DNA of 27,761 bases from a virus (taxonomy: Duplodnaviria > Caudoviricetes), in IMG/VR virus record IMGVR_UViG_3300005837_001480, positions 1 through 27,761 of that record. The stretch is one strand, 5' to 3'. Made by a program: the position numbers and the translations under genes. Positions 1 to 9,745 of the stretch are shown here, in pieces; the first letter of the stretch is position 1; each line of letters opens with the position of its first letter. Below the pieces are notes generated by a model that worked only from the letters and a program-made list of their open reading frames with translations, was not told the origin of the DNA and did no database searches.

Positions 1-15
1 TCTTTTACTAGCCAT
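1..15 (-). CDS. 5' end of next gene (MASKR...), runs off the window edge
   Basis: Minus strand reads AAAAGGAGCGTGAA-ATG GCT AGT AAA AGA: good RBS, ATG at 15. Confidence 0.6.
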
Positions 16-53
16 TTCACGCTCCTTTTAAGCAAATTAAAGTTTTGTCGTCA

Positions 54-869
54 TTATAGCATATAAATCTGGCCGGTCACTAAGACATTGGAGATTATTT
101 TTGTGCTGTACCTAGAAAGGTGTTGCACCTCTAAGCCTAGCTCGGATCCAAAACCATCCATAATTTTAAAGAATGGGAAACTATTGGTGCTATGTTCAAT
201 GATCTGTTCATATTGCCCACCTACGGCCTGTAAATTTAAAGGACCGAATAGTACCGGTACTCTAGTTTGAGTAGAATGTAGGGCATAAATACGGCCAGTA
301 AGGGGGGTATTAGATTCAATAATAAACTCCCCAACACTAACATGCCTAACGACCGGGTCTACTTCCCTTAATCCTGGAGTTAAAAACTTAAGCAAAGGGA
401 AACCTTGCAGGGTATGATAGATAGTTTGTGTGTAGCCACCCTGACCATCTGGAACCATATTTAGTTCGGCCAGTTGTATTAGGTCTGAATGTGTATGGTC
501 ATCACCGATATCCCCGAAAGATCCGGTGTCTACTACACCCTCACCCAGTAAAGCCCACTTACCGTTTAGATTCATTTGACCATCAAGGTAAAAGACTCCA
601 GTAGAAATAAGCTCCTGACTTGCCTGGACTGTGTAAACTTCTCCAGTATTTATTTCAAATACATTACTGTTGCCTTCGCCACCACCGCCACCACCACTAC
701 TGGTTTCAAAAATTAAACCAGTACCGGAAGGGTTTACAGTGACAACTTTACCAGCTTCCCCTTCATAACTTTCAGGAGTATCAAGAAGCTCGATAAAAGT
801 ATCAGCACCGCCACCACCTTCAGATTCATTGCAGGTGATTTTTGGATCAAATATTGTTGTTGTTGACAT
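54..869 (-). CDS. Modular tail-appendage/fibre-associated protein with two C-terminal H[NT]L-type beta-domains
   Basis: 271 aa. Poly-Gly linkers, FIELLDTPESYEGEAGKVVTVNPSGTGLIF motif typical of phage fibres, and two tandem similar domains (YTQTIYHTLQGFP...TGRIYAL / YEQIIEHSTNSFP...TGQIYML). Confidence 0.65.
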   Translation of the reverse strand: MSTTTIFDPKITCNESEGGGGADTFIELLDTPESYEGEAGKVVTVNPSGTGLIFETSSGGGGGGEGNSNVFEINTGEVYTVQASQELISTGVFYLDGQMNLNGKWALLGEGVVDTGSFGDIGDDHTHSDLIQLAELNMVPDGQGGYTQTIYHTLQGFPLLKFLTPGLREVDPVVRHVSVGEFIIESNTPLTGRIYALHSTQTRVPVLFGPLNLQAVGGQYEQIIEHSTNSFPFFKIMDGFGSELGLEVQHLSRYSTKIISNVLVTGQIYML

Positions 870-877
870 TGTGTATC

Positions 878-1246
878 CTATGGGAGCATCACTCTTTGTG
901 CTACCGTTAAAGTACCATTACTGCCAAATTCAGGTGTCCAGGATAACCTAAGTTTCCCGGCATAGGCAGTCTGGTCTGGAATTATCATTAAAAAATCCTG
1001 GTGCTCCGAAAGGTCTATTTTTATAGGAGCACAACCAGCAAGATCTGTCCACACTCCATCAATAATAGATAGTTGAGCTTTCAATGTACCTTTAGGAACA
1101 CCACTTGTAACTACTCCTTGGAAACTTAAGCAAGCAATTCTCTGGTCAATAACCACTTCTGGACCATTAAAGTTAGAAACCATAGGCTCGTCTACAAAAT
1201 AGTCCGTTATTCTTGCTCTATTAAATCGAATTGAATTTAAACTCAT
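878..1246 (-). CDS. Small all-beta (jelly-roll-like) virion protein, putative fibre adaptor
   Basis: 122 aa with alternating beta pattern (GTLKAQLS..W.D; KLRLSWT..GSNGTLTV). ATGA overlap with the upstream fibre gene. Confidence 0.5.
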   Translation of the reverse strand: MSLNSIRFNRARITDYFVDEPMVSNFNGPEVVIDQRIACLSFQGVVTSGVPKGTLKAQLSIIDGVWTDLAGCAPIKIDLSEHQDFLMIIPDQTAYAGKLRLSWTPEFGSNGTLTVAQRVMLP

Positions 1247-3978
1247 CGTAACACCACCACTGAAACTGTCATTGTAGATGAAGCAGTAATTGTTAAACTG
1301 TTAGCATCTACTAGAGTCACATCTACATCTACTTTTTGGTCGTTACTTTCATCATATACCGCAATCTGTACTACCTGTTGGTCCAGATTGTGTGTGATTG
1401 TTGTAGCTACACCTGAAGTTAAAGAAACCCCCGAGTCTGTGTATCTTTTTGGAGTTACTAGACTGAGTACATAGTTATTGAAAACCGTACTTACTGTAGT
1501 ACCTCCGAAAGCTTCATAGCCAGAGATTACATTTAACTCAGAATATAAATCATCAAGCGCAGCCTGTACATTCTCAATACCAGTTACAAAAGCATCGTAT
1601 TGTTTAAATGAAATTGTCTGCCAGGTAGAAGTTATCCCACTTGGGTAATTAGCTTTAGGATAAAACTTACTGAGAATATAACCATACTCGATTTGATCCT
1701 CGGGAGGAACATAATCTATAAGTGGCAGATTACCTGCGAATACATCAGTACCTTCAGTGTCAGTCTTTAACACTTCAATGTCAGAGTAATAGTCTGATTG
1801 AGTAAATAAAGGCTCAGTGCCTCCGCTTATTGCATAAACGTAACCGCCTCGAGTAGTACCTGCCCACCCTGGGTTACTACCTGGTGCTCCAGTAACATAA
1901 CTGAAAGCTTGATTCGACCTTACATAACAAAAGTAGCCAGGCTTATAGAACTGAGTATCAAGATAAACACGCTGACCTAAGTTTATATTCCAAGTGTTCT
2001 CTCCACTGGCATGGGTTACTTTATACTCTCCCATATTCCAGCCTAAGTTGTAATCTTGTTGATTATTAGTCAGGTCGTTCCAACTTACATATTCATCAGC
2101 TACCCTAGAGATAGTGCCACTAACACACTGCCACTTTTCAATTAGCTTTGGATTTGCTAAAGAATCTGTACTACCCTCTTGATCGTGATAGCCTACCGTG
2201 AAAGTGTAATTATTTACATCAGTATAAGTTTCCAATTGAATAGAAGAAATACCTCTGTAATTATCACTTACACCTGTGAAAGTGTTATTAGGAGTTAGTG
2301 TATCCACCTTCATAGTTGAAACTATACCGTTATTTAAATCTATGGCCATGAAATTCTTCATTACCATTGATTTTGGATCGGTAGTGAAAGTGTTATTAGA
2401 GTATGAAGTAAATCCTAGTAGAATAAAAGCATCTTGGTAATCACTATTTCTTTGATGAACGTATGCTGCTGTAATACCTGACTTATACAATCCGTTTGTA
2501 CTTGCAGCTTGTCTTAGGAAGGAAGCAGCGTCCGTATCAATAGTAAGATCACCCACAGATACCATGAAGTAAAGACTAGAGTAATCAATAGCAATATCGT
2601 TGTTTGACGAATCATATCTACCAGTAACTAGGTTAAGGTAACAAAACTTGTCACCTCCGTTACGATCGTCAGGGAATAGAATACCATCACCATCTGGATC
2701 TTCAGGTAATTGTTCGTTATACATATTAAACTGAAACTTATAAACATAAGCCTTACCAGGATCGGGGTGGTCAGCGTAAACAACTGACGACACTGTATGT
2801 TCTCTTTGACTACCACTAGAGCCATTGAAGTAATTATCCTGGTAATCACCTTCCATATCTCTTATAAAGTTTAAATTATTATCAAACGCTACACTTCTTA
2901 GAGCACCGTAAACACCACCGTATAAATTATCTGGCTTAAACCCGGCGTTAGTTCTATTGCCTCCTCCTGCATTTATTGTACTTAGACATACAACGTGGCG
3001 AACAGCCGAAGGATCTGTATCATATCCATCAAGAGGAACCGTAATTAAGGTTGAGCACATACTTTGTACAAAAAACAATCTGGAACCTATACTAGCGAAG
3101 GACTTAAAAGTTACTTTATCCTCCTTACGATTATACCAGAAAAGGTACATCCTAAAGTAACTCTGGTCGGATACTTCTCTAACCCTGGTATAGCCAATCC
3201 CTAATACCCCGTATTTGGACTTTCTATGGTTAGTCCAAACCACATCAGAACCAAAACTACCTTGTACATAAACTGATCGGGATGGTCCGAATACACCTTT
3301 GGTCTTGTCGTAATCACATACTAGAAATAAATTACCTGCCCTAGAAAAAGACCACTTGTAGCGATCCTCAAAGTCATCAGTCTCACTACTAACATAGGTA
3401 GCCTGGTTTCTAACATCCCAAACATTACTACCGTTAGGGTAAGTCTCACTGTTATAATTACTAGAACTGACCGTAGTCCAATCACTGAAAGTTTGAGGTC
3501 CAGTATTTTGAGCAAGATCATCTACATTAGGATTTGCTGCCGAGTTTTCGTTAGTATAGCCAACATCCGTTACATTGTTTAGAGTAGTAACTCCTGAACT
3601 TTCCGTAATAATAGTAGAAGCGTTTCCGTCAGTACCAATAAAAGTGTCAAAAGTTGTATTTAAGACATTACCAGTACTTTCGTTACTATAACTGTACTTT
3701 ACTTGATCTGAAGTTAGGTTATCAATTCTAGTGTTAACCTCATCAATTTCAGTATCTCGCTCGCCGGAATCTTGATCGAAATATTGAATCCACTCGAAAA
3801 CTGAGAATCGCCAGTAGTTTACTTCATTTAAGTTAGGAACTTCACCAACTCCATTAGTAACTCCCCAGCCATAAAGCTTATGTGTGGAAGAAGTTACCGT
3901 TTTTAATGCAATTCCAGTAGTATCTGTAGCCCATTCTGGGTAGATCGGATTATCATTTCCGCCAGGTTTTGTTGCCAT
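1243..3978 (-). CDS. Tail fibre / receptor-binding protein
   Basis: 911 aa. N-terminal fibre anchor motif (WA..KLYGW..P..N.W..WIQY), beta-rich centre, C-terminal THNL domain. Lies downstream of the baseplate wedge. Confidence 0.8.
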   Translation of the reverse strand: MATKPGGNDNPIYPEWATDTTGIALKTVTSSTHKLYGWGVTNGVGEVPNLNEVNYWRFSVFEWIQYFDQDSGERDTEIDEVNTRIDNLTSDQVKYSYSNESTGNVLNTTFDTFIGTDGNASTIITESSGVTTLNNVTDVGYTNENSAANPNVDDLAQNTGPQTFSDWTTVSSSNYNSETYPNGSNVWDVRNQATYVSSETDDFEDRYKWSFSRAGNLFLVCDYDKTKGVFGPSRSVYVQGSFGSDVVWTNHRKSKYGVLGIGYTRVREVSDQSYFRMYLFWYNRKEDKVTFKSFASIGSRLFFVQSMCSTLITVPLDGYDTDPSAVRHVVCLSTINAGGGNRTNAGFKPDNLYGGVYGALRSVAFDNNLNFIRDMEGDYQDNYFNGSSGSQREHTVSSVVYADHPDPGKAYVYKFQFNMYNEQLPEDPDGDGILFPDDRNGGDKFCYLNLVTGRYDSSNNDIAIDYSSLYFMVSVGDLTIDTDAASFLRQAASTNGLYKSGITAAYVHQRNSDYQDAFILLGFTSYSNNTFTTDPKSMVMKNFMAIDLNNGIVSTMKVDTLTPNNTFTGVSDNYRGISSIQLETYTDVNNYTFTVGYHDQEGSTDSLANPKLIEKWQCVSGTISRVADEYVSWNDLTNNQQDYNLGWNMGEYKVTHASGENTWNINLGQRVYLDTQFYKPGYFCYVRSNQAFSYVTGAPGSNPGWAGTTRGGYVYAISGGTEPLFTQSDYYSDIEVLKTDTEGTDVFAGNLPLIDYVPPEDQIEYGYILSKFYPKANYPSGITSTWQTISFKQYDAFVTGIENVQAALDDLYSELNVISGYEAFGGTTVSTVFNNYVLSLVTPKRYTDSGVSLTSGVATTITHNLDQQVVQIAVYDESNDQKVDVDVTLVDANSLTITASSTMTVSVVVLR

Positions 3979-3979
3979 A

Positions 3980-6900
3980 TTAAGCCTTTACAAAGATTGA
4001 AACTGTAGCATTTGTACTACTTGTTATGGTTAAGGAGTTATTATCCACTAATATTACCTCACAATTATGCGTAACACCACCAGGGTATGTATAAACATCA
4101 ACTACTACTAGCTTCTCCCCAAGGGTGTGACTGACAGTGTAAGGAGTATTAGCTACAAGAGTAGCGTTTTCTTCCAAGTAACTAGGATCACCGCCGGCAA
4201 GACTAACTACAAGATTATCAAAAGCAGGTAGGCTTAAGTCACCACCTAAGAAATTATAATTCAAGTGATATTGTGAAGGGACGTTTGCATATAAATAGTC
4301 GAGTGCAAACTTTACAGACTTACCATCAATATCAGTACTTGCAAACCTAGTCTCGAAATATGGATTATTACCTGCATTGTAGATATTTAGAATATCTGTG
4401 CGTTTTATTGCTAAAGGATCAAACCATCCAGTTAGTTTTAAGTCCACAACATCACTCTGTAGAAGCGTTTCATTTACTGCACTTATTCCCGGGAAGTCTT
4501 CGTAAGCACCGCCTGCCCAGCTTAGTTGAGCTTTTATACCAGATCTGAATATTTGACTAGTCGGTTGTAAAGCAGGGTTATTTTTAACTGTACCAATACC
4601 TTCAATACTAGAAGTCAGAGAAGCTTCTATTTCAAACGGAGCTTGAGTGTCAGTATAAATTCCACTATAGACTGGAACGTGAAACTCGTACCAGAAGAAG
4701 CAAGTGTTTACAGTTACGTACCCAGTATCATTAGATACTGTCAAAGGTACACAAGAGTTATAGGGTTGTGAACCATATCCCGGGTAGTCATACTCAGGGT
4801 TGTAGTTATTATTATATACAGATATAATTCCCATTTCACCTAATGTCCGAGAGCTTGCAATAGAAAGATCGCTGATGTTCATGACTCCAGTACCTATTTG
4901 CAGTTGATCGTTAGGATCTGCTGTTTTCATTTTCCTCCTTGAGGAGAAGGAAATTGCAACTTTATTATCATCAGAAGCTAATCTTGCAAAGCCTGTAACT
5001 CCTAAAGTACCAGCTGAATAATCTCGAATGTCAGGTTGTTCAATCTGTATACTAGGTTGTGTTTGAGGAACAATAGTAAGCCCGCCATTTGCTTTTGCAT
5101 ACTGTAGAATATGTGGACCGTCTGTATTCCAGTTAGGAGTAGACGTCATATCTACTCCATTGAATACCGTAGCAGGTACATAAAGTCCAAAGTACCAATT
5201 ACCATTATCGTAGAAAACAGCTCCACTAAACTCTTGATGTAAATTATCATTATATTCATCTCTAATATAATCTTCAGCAAACTCTACTGGATTATTATCT
5301 AACCAATCGTCCAGGAGGATTTCATTCATTGCAATCGCACCAGAGGTTTCATTCACAGTTAAGTGAGTCCTCATAAGTCTACCCTTAGCCATTCCAGTTA
5401 CAATAAGCGTGAACCTAGAAACCGGATCACTAGGGTTACTATTGTCAGCTAGTCCAGTCATATCATCATAAGGAATTACATAGGTACTACCTGGAGCTTG
5501 ATAACCAAAACCCTCATTATCGAAATCGGCCTCCATTGCAAGTACTCTACGAGTTTCTAAAGTACCGTTCGTCAAGTTTATAATTGCGACCATTTGAACC
5601 GGGAAGTTACTTTGATCGTAGTTATAGATCTCATAAGTGTAGGCTACAATATTCCCAACAACACACATAGTACTAAAGTAATTGTAGTAATCCCCTATCA
5701 GTAGTGAGTTTTGAGTCTTATCAAAAACACCACTAAATAAAGTAGAGTAAGTGTCGTTTACAATATCCCACCTAACTACTTTTAGTGGCAGATTCTTGAG
5801 TTCATCCGGTATCGGCTCCTCGGGAGAACCTTTTCTTATGTTTGCATCGGCAATATAGTAAATATAATCCCCTACCCTTTGCCAGCAAGCGATCTCATAA
5901 CCCCATCCATTTTGTGAGTCCAGGGAGTTTTCCCTACTGAGATCCATATAGTATGGAAGTTTTGTAGTAATCCCATCACCATCTCTATTATTTCTATACA
6001 CCTCGATAATATTCGGACCAAGTGGTGCAGTTGGAACTAGTTCAGCACTACCTATAGTGATTTGACCATTATCAGGATTGTACTGATTAAAGGTAGGAAT
6101 ATCGGCTAGAGAGTTATACTGGTCAAAAGGTGGGATCGGATTACCTTCCCAATCAGTATCACCATTTAAAAAAGCATCATAGTCGTAATGAGTACCACCT
6201 ACATCTACAACTACATCCCAATTAGCTATATTACTAAAGCCTCCTGTTCCTCTACATAACATAATACCTGCTTCAAAGCCTCCAAAAACTGATGGTATTA
6301 CGTAAGTAGGAACATCGGTAACATCGTAAGGTGCATAAAAGATGTAATAATTATCACTCTTATCTTGGATATAAATAGTAGCGACTTTAGCTGCTCCTGC
6401 AAGCTTCTCTATCCAATCTTGAGCCACAGCCTCATCATTAAATCTAAAAGCTAAGTATAATGCATCTAAACCGCCACCTATTGATCTGATAGGATGATAA
6501 AGTAACTTACCACTAGTTAAACCATCAGTGTACAGATCCGTATCATAATAAATCGGTTTACCGTTAGGGTAGATCTTATAGCCATTCACATTTTGTCTAA
6601 TGTCATAATCAGAGACTTTTGTAGGGTCGAACCTACCTAGAGAATCAGTAAAACCTAAACTGTATTTCGGGAAATAAAAACTGTTTGACATATAAATATT
6701 ATCGGTAAGAGTACCAGTGTAATTACTGTCATTATCCCAACTAGCGTTTAAGTTTTCATCATAGTAAGCATAACCATCAGTGTTACCTAGTTCCGAATCT
6801 ACAAAAGGGGTTGTAACACTCTTTAATGATAAGGAAAGCGTTCCGGCAGGTTGTCCTGACATCCTAAAGTCTTTACTGCCAGCACCGAGTGTAGCACCTA

Positions 6901-9745
6901 AAAGATCAAACTCACCTTCATCGTTAGTATCTATCACTGCGTTATGTATTATCCCAGCAGCAGGTAGATTATCCATACGAGCTTTAAGCAGGTCAGTTTT
7001 ATTCTTTTGCACACCGTTTATATATTGATTGTGATAGTCAGTCCATTTATAGACTAGATCTCTCCACGAGTTAGTAGCTTCTTTACTAGGGAAGTCTCCT
7101 TGCCCATTGCTAACCCCGTAGCCATAAAGTTTGTGATCTGAACTAAGGGGGTCATTCGTAATATTATTAGCCCACTTTACGATTTCTAAATCTTTCTTTT
7201 GCCCACCTATAAAGTTCGTGGTGTACTTCTTCTCTGTGATGTGACCAGTATCCTCACCTTGCTCACGAATCTCGCCAGTTGCAGTACCTATCCCTAACTG
7301 AAACCCACTAGGATTATAAGTATTCCAAGCATCTTCTTGAGCGTTATTATATAGCAACAGATCCCATTGCCATCCGTTTACGTAATCCGTAACTACTGTA
7401 TTATCGGCAGTATACTTCAAATAATTAGTACCGTTTGCTGTGATTACAATAGATACAATAAGCCAATCACCGTTAACTGCTGTAGTTAAAGGTACAGTAT
7501 TTATTGTGAAAGGCTCCAATACCAGAAGTCTGCCCTGTGAAGCATCCAAGTAGGCAAGGGAACCAAGACTCGTAACTAAGTTTGTATTTAATTGCGCAAC
7601 AAAGTCTGTTGTTGATTGCACACCATCCTCAAGATAAATACTTAGTGTGCGAGTCTGTGATGCCGGAACCCAAGAAACAGATATCCTGTCACCGAAGTTA
7701 GGTGATAAACCGTCAGGCCAAACATAGGCAGAGTTTGTATCAACAATAGCATCTAAGAAACTATACCTTCCAGGTCTTATCGGTCTTGGATCAACAGTAG
7801 TAAAAGGATAGTTACTCTTCAAGAAACCCCAAGAGTTTTTATCATAGAAAGTAAGTTTATCGTTAGTATTGTAACCGACCATAGTCTCAAGCATTGCATA
7901 AGCATGAGATTCTACATTATTACGAAGTATTCCTGAACTTGTAATAACTTCACTGGTAGGTTGATACTTCATCATAAAGTCAGAAGTCGTTGCAGGATCG
8001 CCAGTAACTGCCGGATTATTGGCAGTGAATGTAGCACCGTCAGAATAAGTATAATTATCACCCACTACTGCTAGGAGTTGATCTTCTACATTACTAGCGG
8101 AATAGAAAACTACTCCTTCAACACTATCGCCAAAAGTATTTCGTAAAGGAATAGTGATTGTAATAATCCCATTTTCCTTGACGTTAGTACCCATTGTCTG
8201 CAAGTTACTAGTTGGTGTTAGAATTGTTACCTTAGTCAGACTTGGAGTTCTGAAAGTCAACAGTTGAGCTTGTGCTAGACTCGAGACAAAACTATCATTT
8301 ATTGTCTCATCGGCTAACTTCATTATAAAGTCGATACTATTATCTTCGTTTTGTACGAAACCAATCAACGGAACATTAGCTGGCAAGGTTGAAGGGTAGT
8401 TGAAATATACGTTTACAATCCCGTCAGTAGGTGCAACATCTGAAATATCTAAATCTACAGACTGCCACTCTTCTTTATAGAAGGATCTTGTTGCAGTTGC
8501 GCCAGCTAACACTGACCAAACCACTCCTGCTTTATCTGTAAATACTATCGGCTCGCCAGTACCAGTCTGAGTCTCACCAGTAGTTATTCCGTTAGGATTG
8601 AAGTAATAGAATAGCTGCCCATCATTTACAGTATAATTTTGTAAACTATTAAATAAAGAAGCGATTGCAACATTATCGCCTACAATCTCAACATCATCTA
8701 GGTAGACTCTATAGGAGGCCCTAGACGTTGCAGTTATTGCGTTCCACTGTACTCGACGATAATCTACTCCGTTGGTCGTTCTTGTTGTGGAAGTTAAGCC
8801 AGTGACAGGATCGTTGGTTAGTTTTTCAAGAGTTAACTTCTGACCAATACCGTCATATATAATAAACTTACCCATTCCGTTCATAGTTGCACGCAGACTG
8901 TCTTCAAACTCTTGGTAGTAAGTAGGATCGAGTGGGAAATCGAATCTGATTTGTGCAGTTTTACCTGTACTTGCAGACTTGAACATAATACGATTCGATG
9001 TCGGTATTGAACCAGTATAAAACTTAAAGTCATAAGGTATTAAAGACTGGTTGCCAGTTTCTAAAATCGCATCATAAAACTCACTATCATCACATAATAC
9101 TGCTATTGAAGACTTAACTGGGTTAACTCCAATTACAGTAGTAGGAATAGATCCGTCAGGAATATAAGAAGAGAAAGTAAACCCAGGCCAAGGATTAAAG
9201 TTGGCAGAGTCTGATGTTAAGTAGGGAGTATTTTCAAAAGCAAGGAAGCCATAGTTGGCAGGTATTAAGTTCACACCTTCACAACGAACCCCTGCAATGG
9301 GACTGTTTGTGACTAAGTCTTCCAGTACCACTTCATCTGTCGGGAGGTCTGGATTATAAACATCTGCCTGGAAAGTAGCAGGCTCAGTATTCCATACTCT
9401 TGCATCAGTACCGGAAAGCCCATCCCTTAGTGCATCCCTTACGTGTGTACTGTTACCTTCCGATAACCACATTTGAAGGTATGCAAGTATCAATAAACGA
9501 TACTCAGCATCTTCAGGTCTTGCAGTAGGGACCTTTAGAATATCCGCCCAGTATTGTAGGTTTACTCCAGTTGCAGAATATAATGACAATTCTGTTTGCA
9601 TCAGCTCTATTTGATCCTCGAGTACATTAATTTCCTCGATAATAGATAAAAGCAGTGCAGCTAACTTAGGTGAGTTCTTGTACCGATAAGTTATTTTTTC
9701 CACGGAGCGAAGTACGTGGTCTATTTTTGTTAACTGTTTAACCAT
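3980..9745 (-). CDS. Baseplate wedge (DUF2612-like) fused to tail-fibre paralogue
   Basis: 1921 aa. N-terminal ~190 aa has wedge motifs (YRYKNSPKL..LL, ATGVNL..WA.IL...R..D.EYR, P.AGV) and follows baseplate J. Residues ~842-1921 share both termini with the 911-aa fibre. Confidence 0.8.
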   Translation of the reverse strand: MVKQLTKIDHVLRSVEKITYRYKNSPKLAALLLSIIEEINVLEDQIELMQTELSLYSATGVNLQYWADILKVPTARPEDAEYRLLILAYLQMWLSEGNSTHVRDALRDGLSGTDARVWNTEPATFQADVYNPDLPTDEVVLEDLVTNSPIAGVRCEGVNLIPANYGFLAFENTPYLTSDSANFNPWPGFTFSSYIPDGSIPTTVIGVNPVKSSIAVLCDDSEFYDAILETGNQSLIPYDFKFYTGSIPTSNRIMFKSASTGKTAQIRFDFPLDPTYYQEFEDSLRATMNGMGKFIIYDGIGQKLTLEKLTNDPVTGLTSTTRTTNGVDYRRVQWNAITATSRASYRVYLDDVEIVGDNVAIASLFNSLQNYTVNDGQLFYYFNPNGITTGETQTGTGEPIVFTDKAGVVWSVLAGATATRSFYKEEWQSVDLDISDVAPTDGIVNVYFNYPSTLPANVPLIGFVQNEDNSIDFIMKLADETINDSFVSSLAQAQLLTFRTPSLTKVTILTPTSNLQTMGTNVKENGIITITIPLRNTFGDSVEGVVFYSASNVEDQLLAVVGDNYTYSDGATFTANNPAVTGDPATTSDFMMKYQPTSEVITSSGILRNNVESHAYAMLETMVGYNTNDKLTFYDKNSWGFLKSNYPFTTVDPRPIRPGRYSFLDAIVDTNSAYVWPDGLSPNFGDRISVSWVPASQTRTLSIYLEDGVQSTTDFVAQLNTNLVTSLGSLAYLDASQGRLLVLEPFTINTVPLTTAVNGDWLIVSIVITANGTNYLKYTADNTVVTDYVNGWQWDLLLYNNAQEDAWNTYNPSGFQLGIGTATGEIREQGEDTGHITEKKYTTNFIGGQKKDLEIVKWANNITNDPLSSDHKLYGYGVSNGQGDFPSKEATNSWRDLVYKWTDYHNQYINGVQKNKTDLLKARMDNLPAAGIIHNAVIDTNDEGEFDLLGATLGAGSKDFRMSGQPAGTLSLSLKSVTTPFVDSELGNTDGYAYYDENLNASWDNDSNYTGTLTDNIYMSNSFYFPKYSLGFTDSLGRFDPTKVSDYDIRQNVNGYKIYPNGKPIYYDTDLYTDGLTSGKLLYHPIRSIGGGLDALYLAFRFNDEAVAQDWIEKLAGAAKVATIYIQDKSDNYYIFYAPYDVTDVPTYVIPSVFGGFEAGIMLCRGTGGFSNIANWDVVVDVGGTHYDYDAFLNGDTDWEGNPIPPFDQYNSLADIPTFNQYNPDNGQITIGSAELVPTAPLGPNIIEVYRNNRDGDGITTKLPYYMDLSRENSLDSQNGWGYEIACWQRVGDYIYYIADANIRKGSPEEPIPDELKNLPLKVVRWDIVNDTYSTLFSGVFDKTQNSLLIGDYYNYFSTMCVVGNIVAYTYEIYNYDQSNFPVQMVAIINLTNGTLETRRVLAMEADFDNEGFGYQAPGSTYVIPYDDMTGLADNSNPSDPVSRFTLIVTGMAKGRLMRTHLTVNETSGAIAMNEILLDDWLDNNPVEFAEDYIRDEYNDNLHQEFSGAVFYDNGNWYFGLYVPATVFNGVDMTSTPNWNTDGPHILQYAKANGGLTIVPQTQPSIQIEQPDIRDYSAGTLGVTGFARLASDDNKVAISFSSRRKMKTADPNDQLQIGTGVMNISDLSIASSRTLGEMGIISVYNNNYNPEYDYPGYGSQPYNSCVPLTVSNDTGYVTVNTCFFWYEFHVPVYSGIYTDTQAPFEIEASLTSSIEGIGTVKNNPALQPTSQIFRSGIKAQLSWAGGAYEDFPGISAVNETLLQSDVVDLKLTGWFDPLAIKRTDILNIYNAGNNPYFETRFASTDIDGKSVKFALDYLYANVPSQYHLNYNFLGGDLSLPAFDNLVVSLAGGDPSYLEENATLVANTPYTVSHTLGEKLVVVDVYTYPGGVTHNCEVILVDNNSLTITSSTNATVSIFVKA

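Noticed and set aside
1243-9745. Diversity-generating retroelement or invertible fibre cassette
   Set aside because: No reverse transcriptase or invertase is present and no near-identical nucleotide repeats were seen. The fibre similarity is diverged and at protein level. Elements outside the window cannot be excluded.
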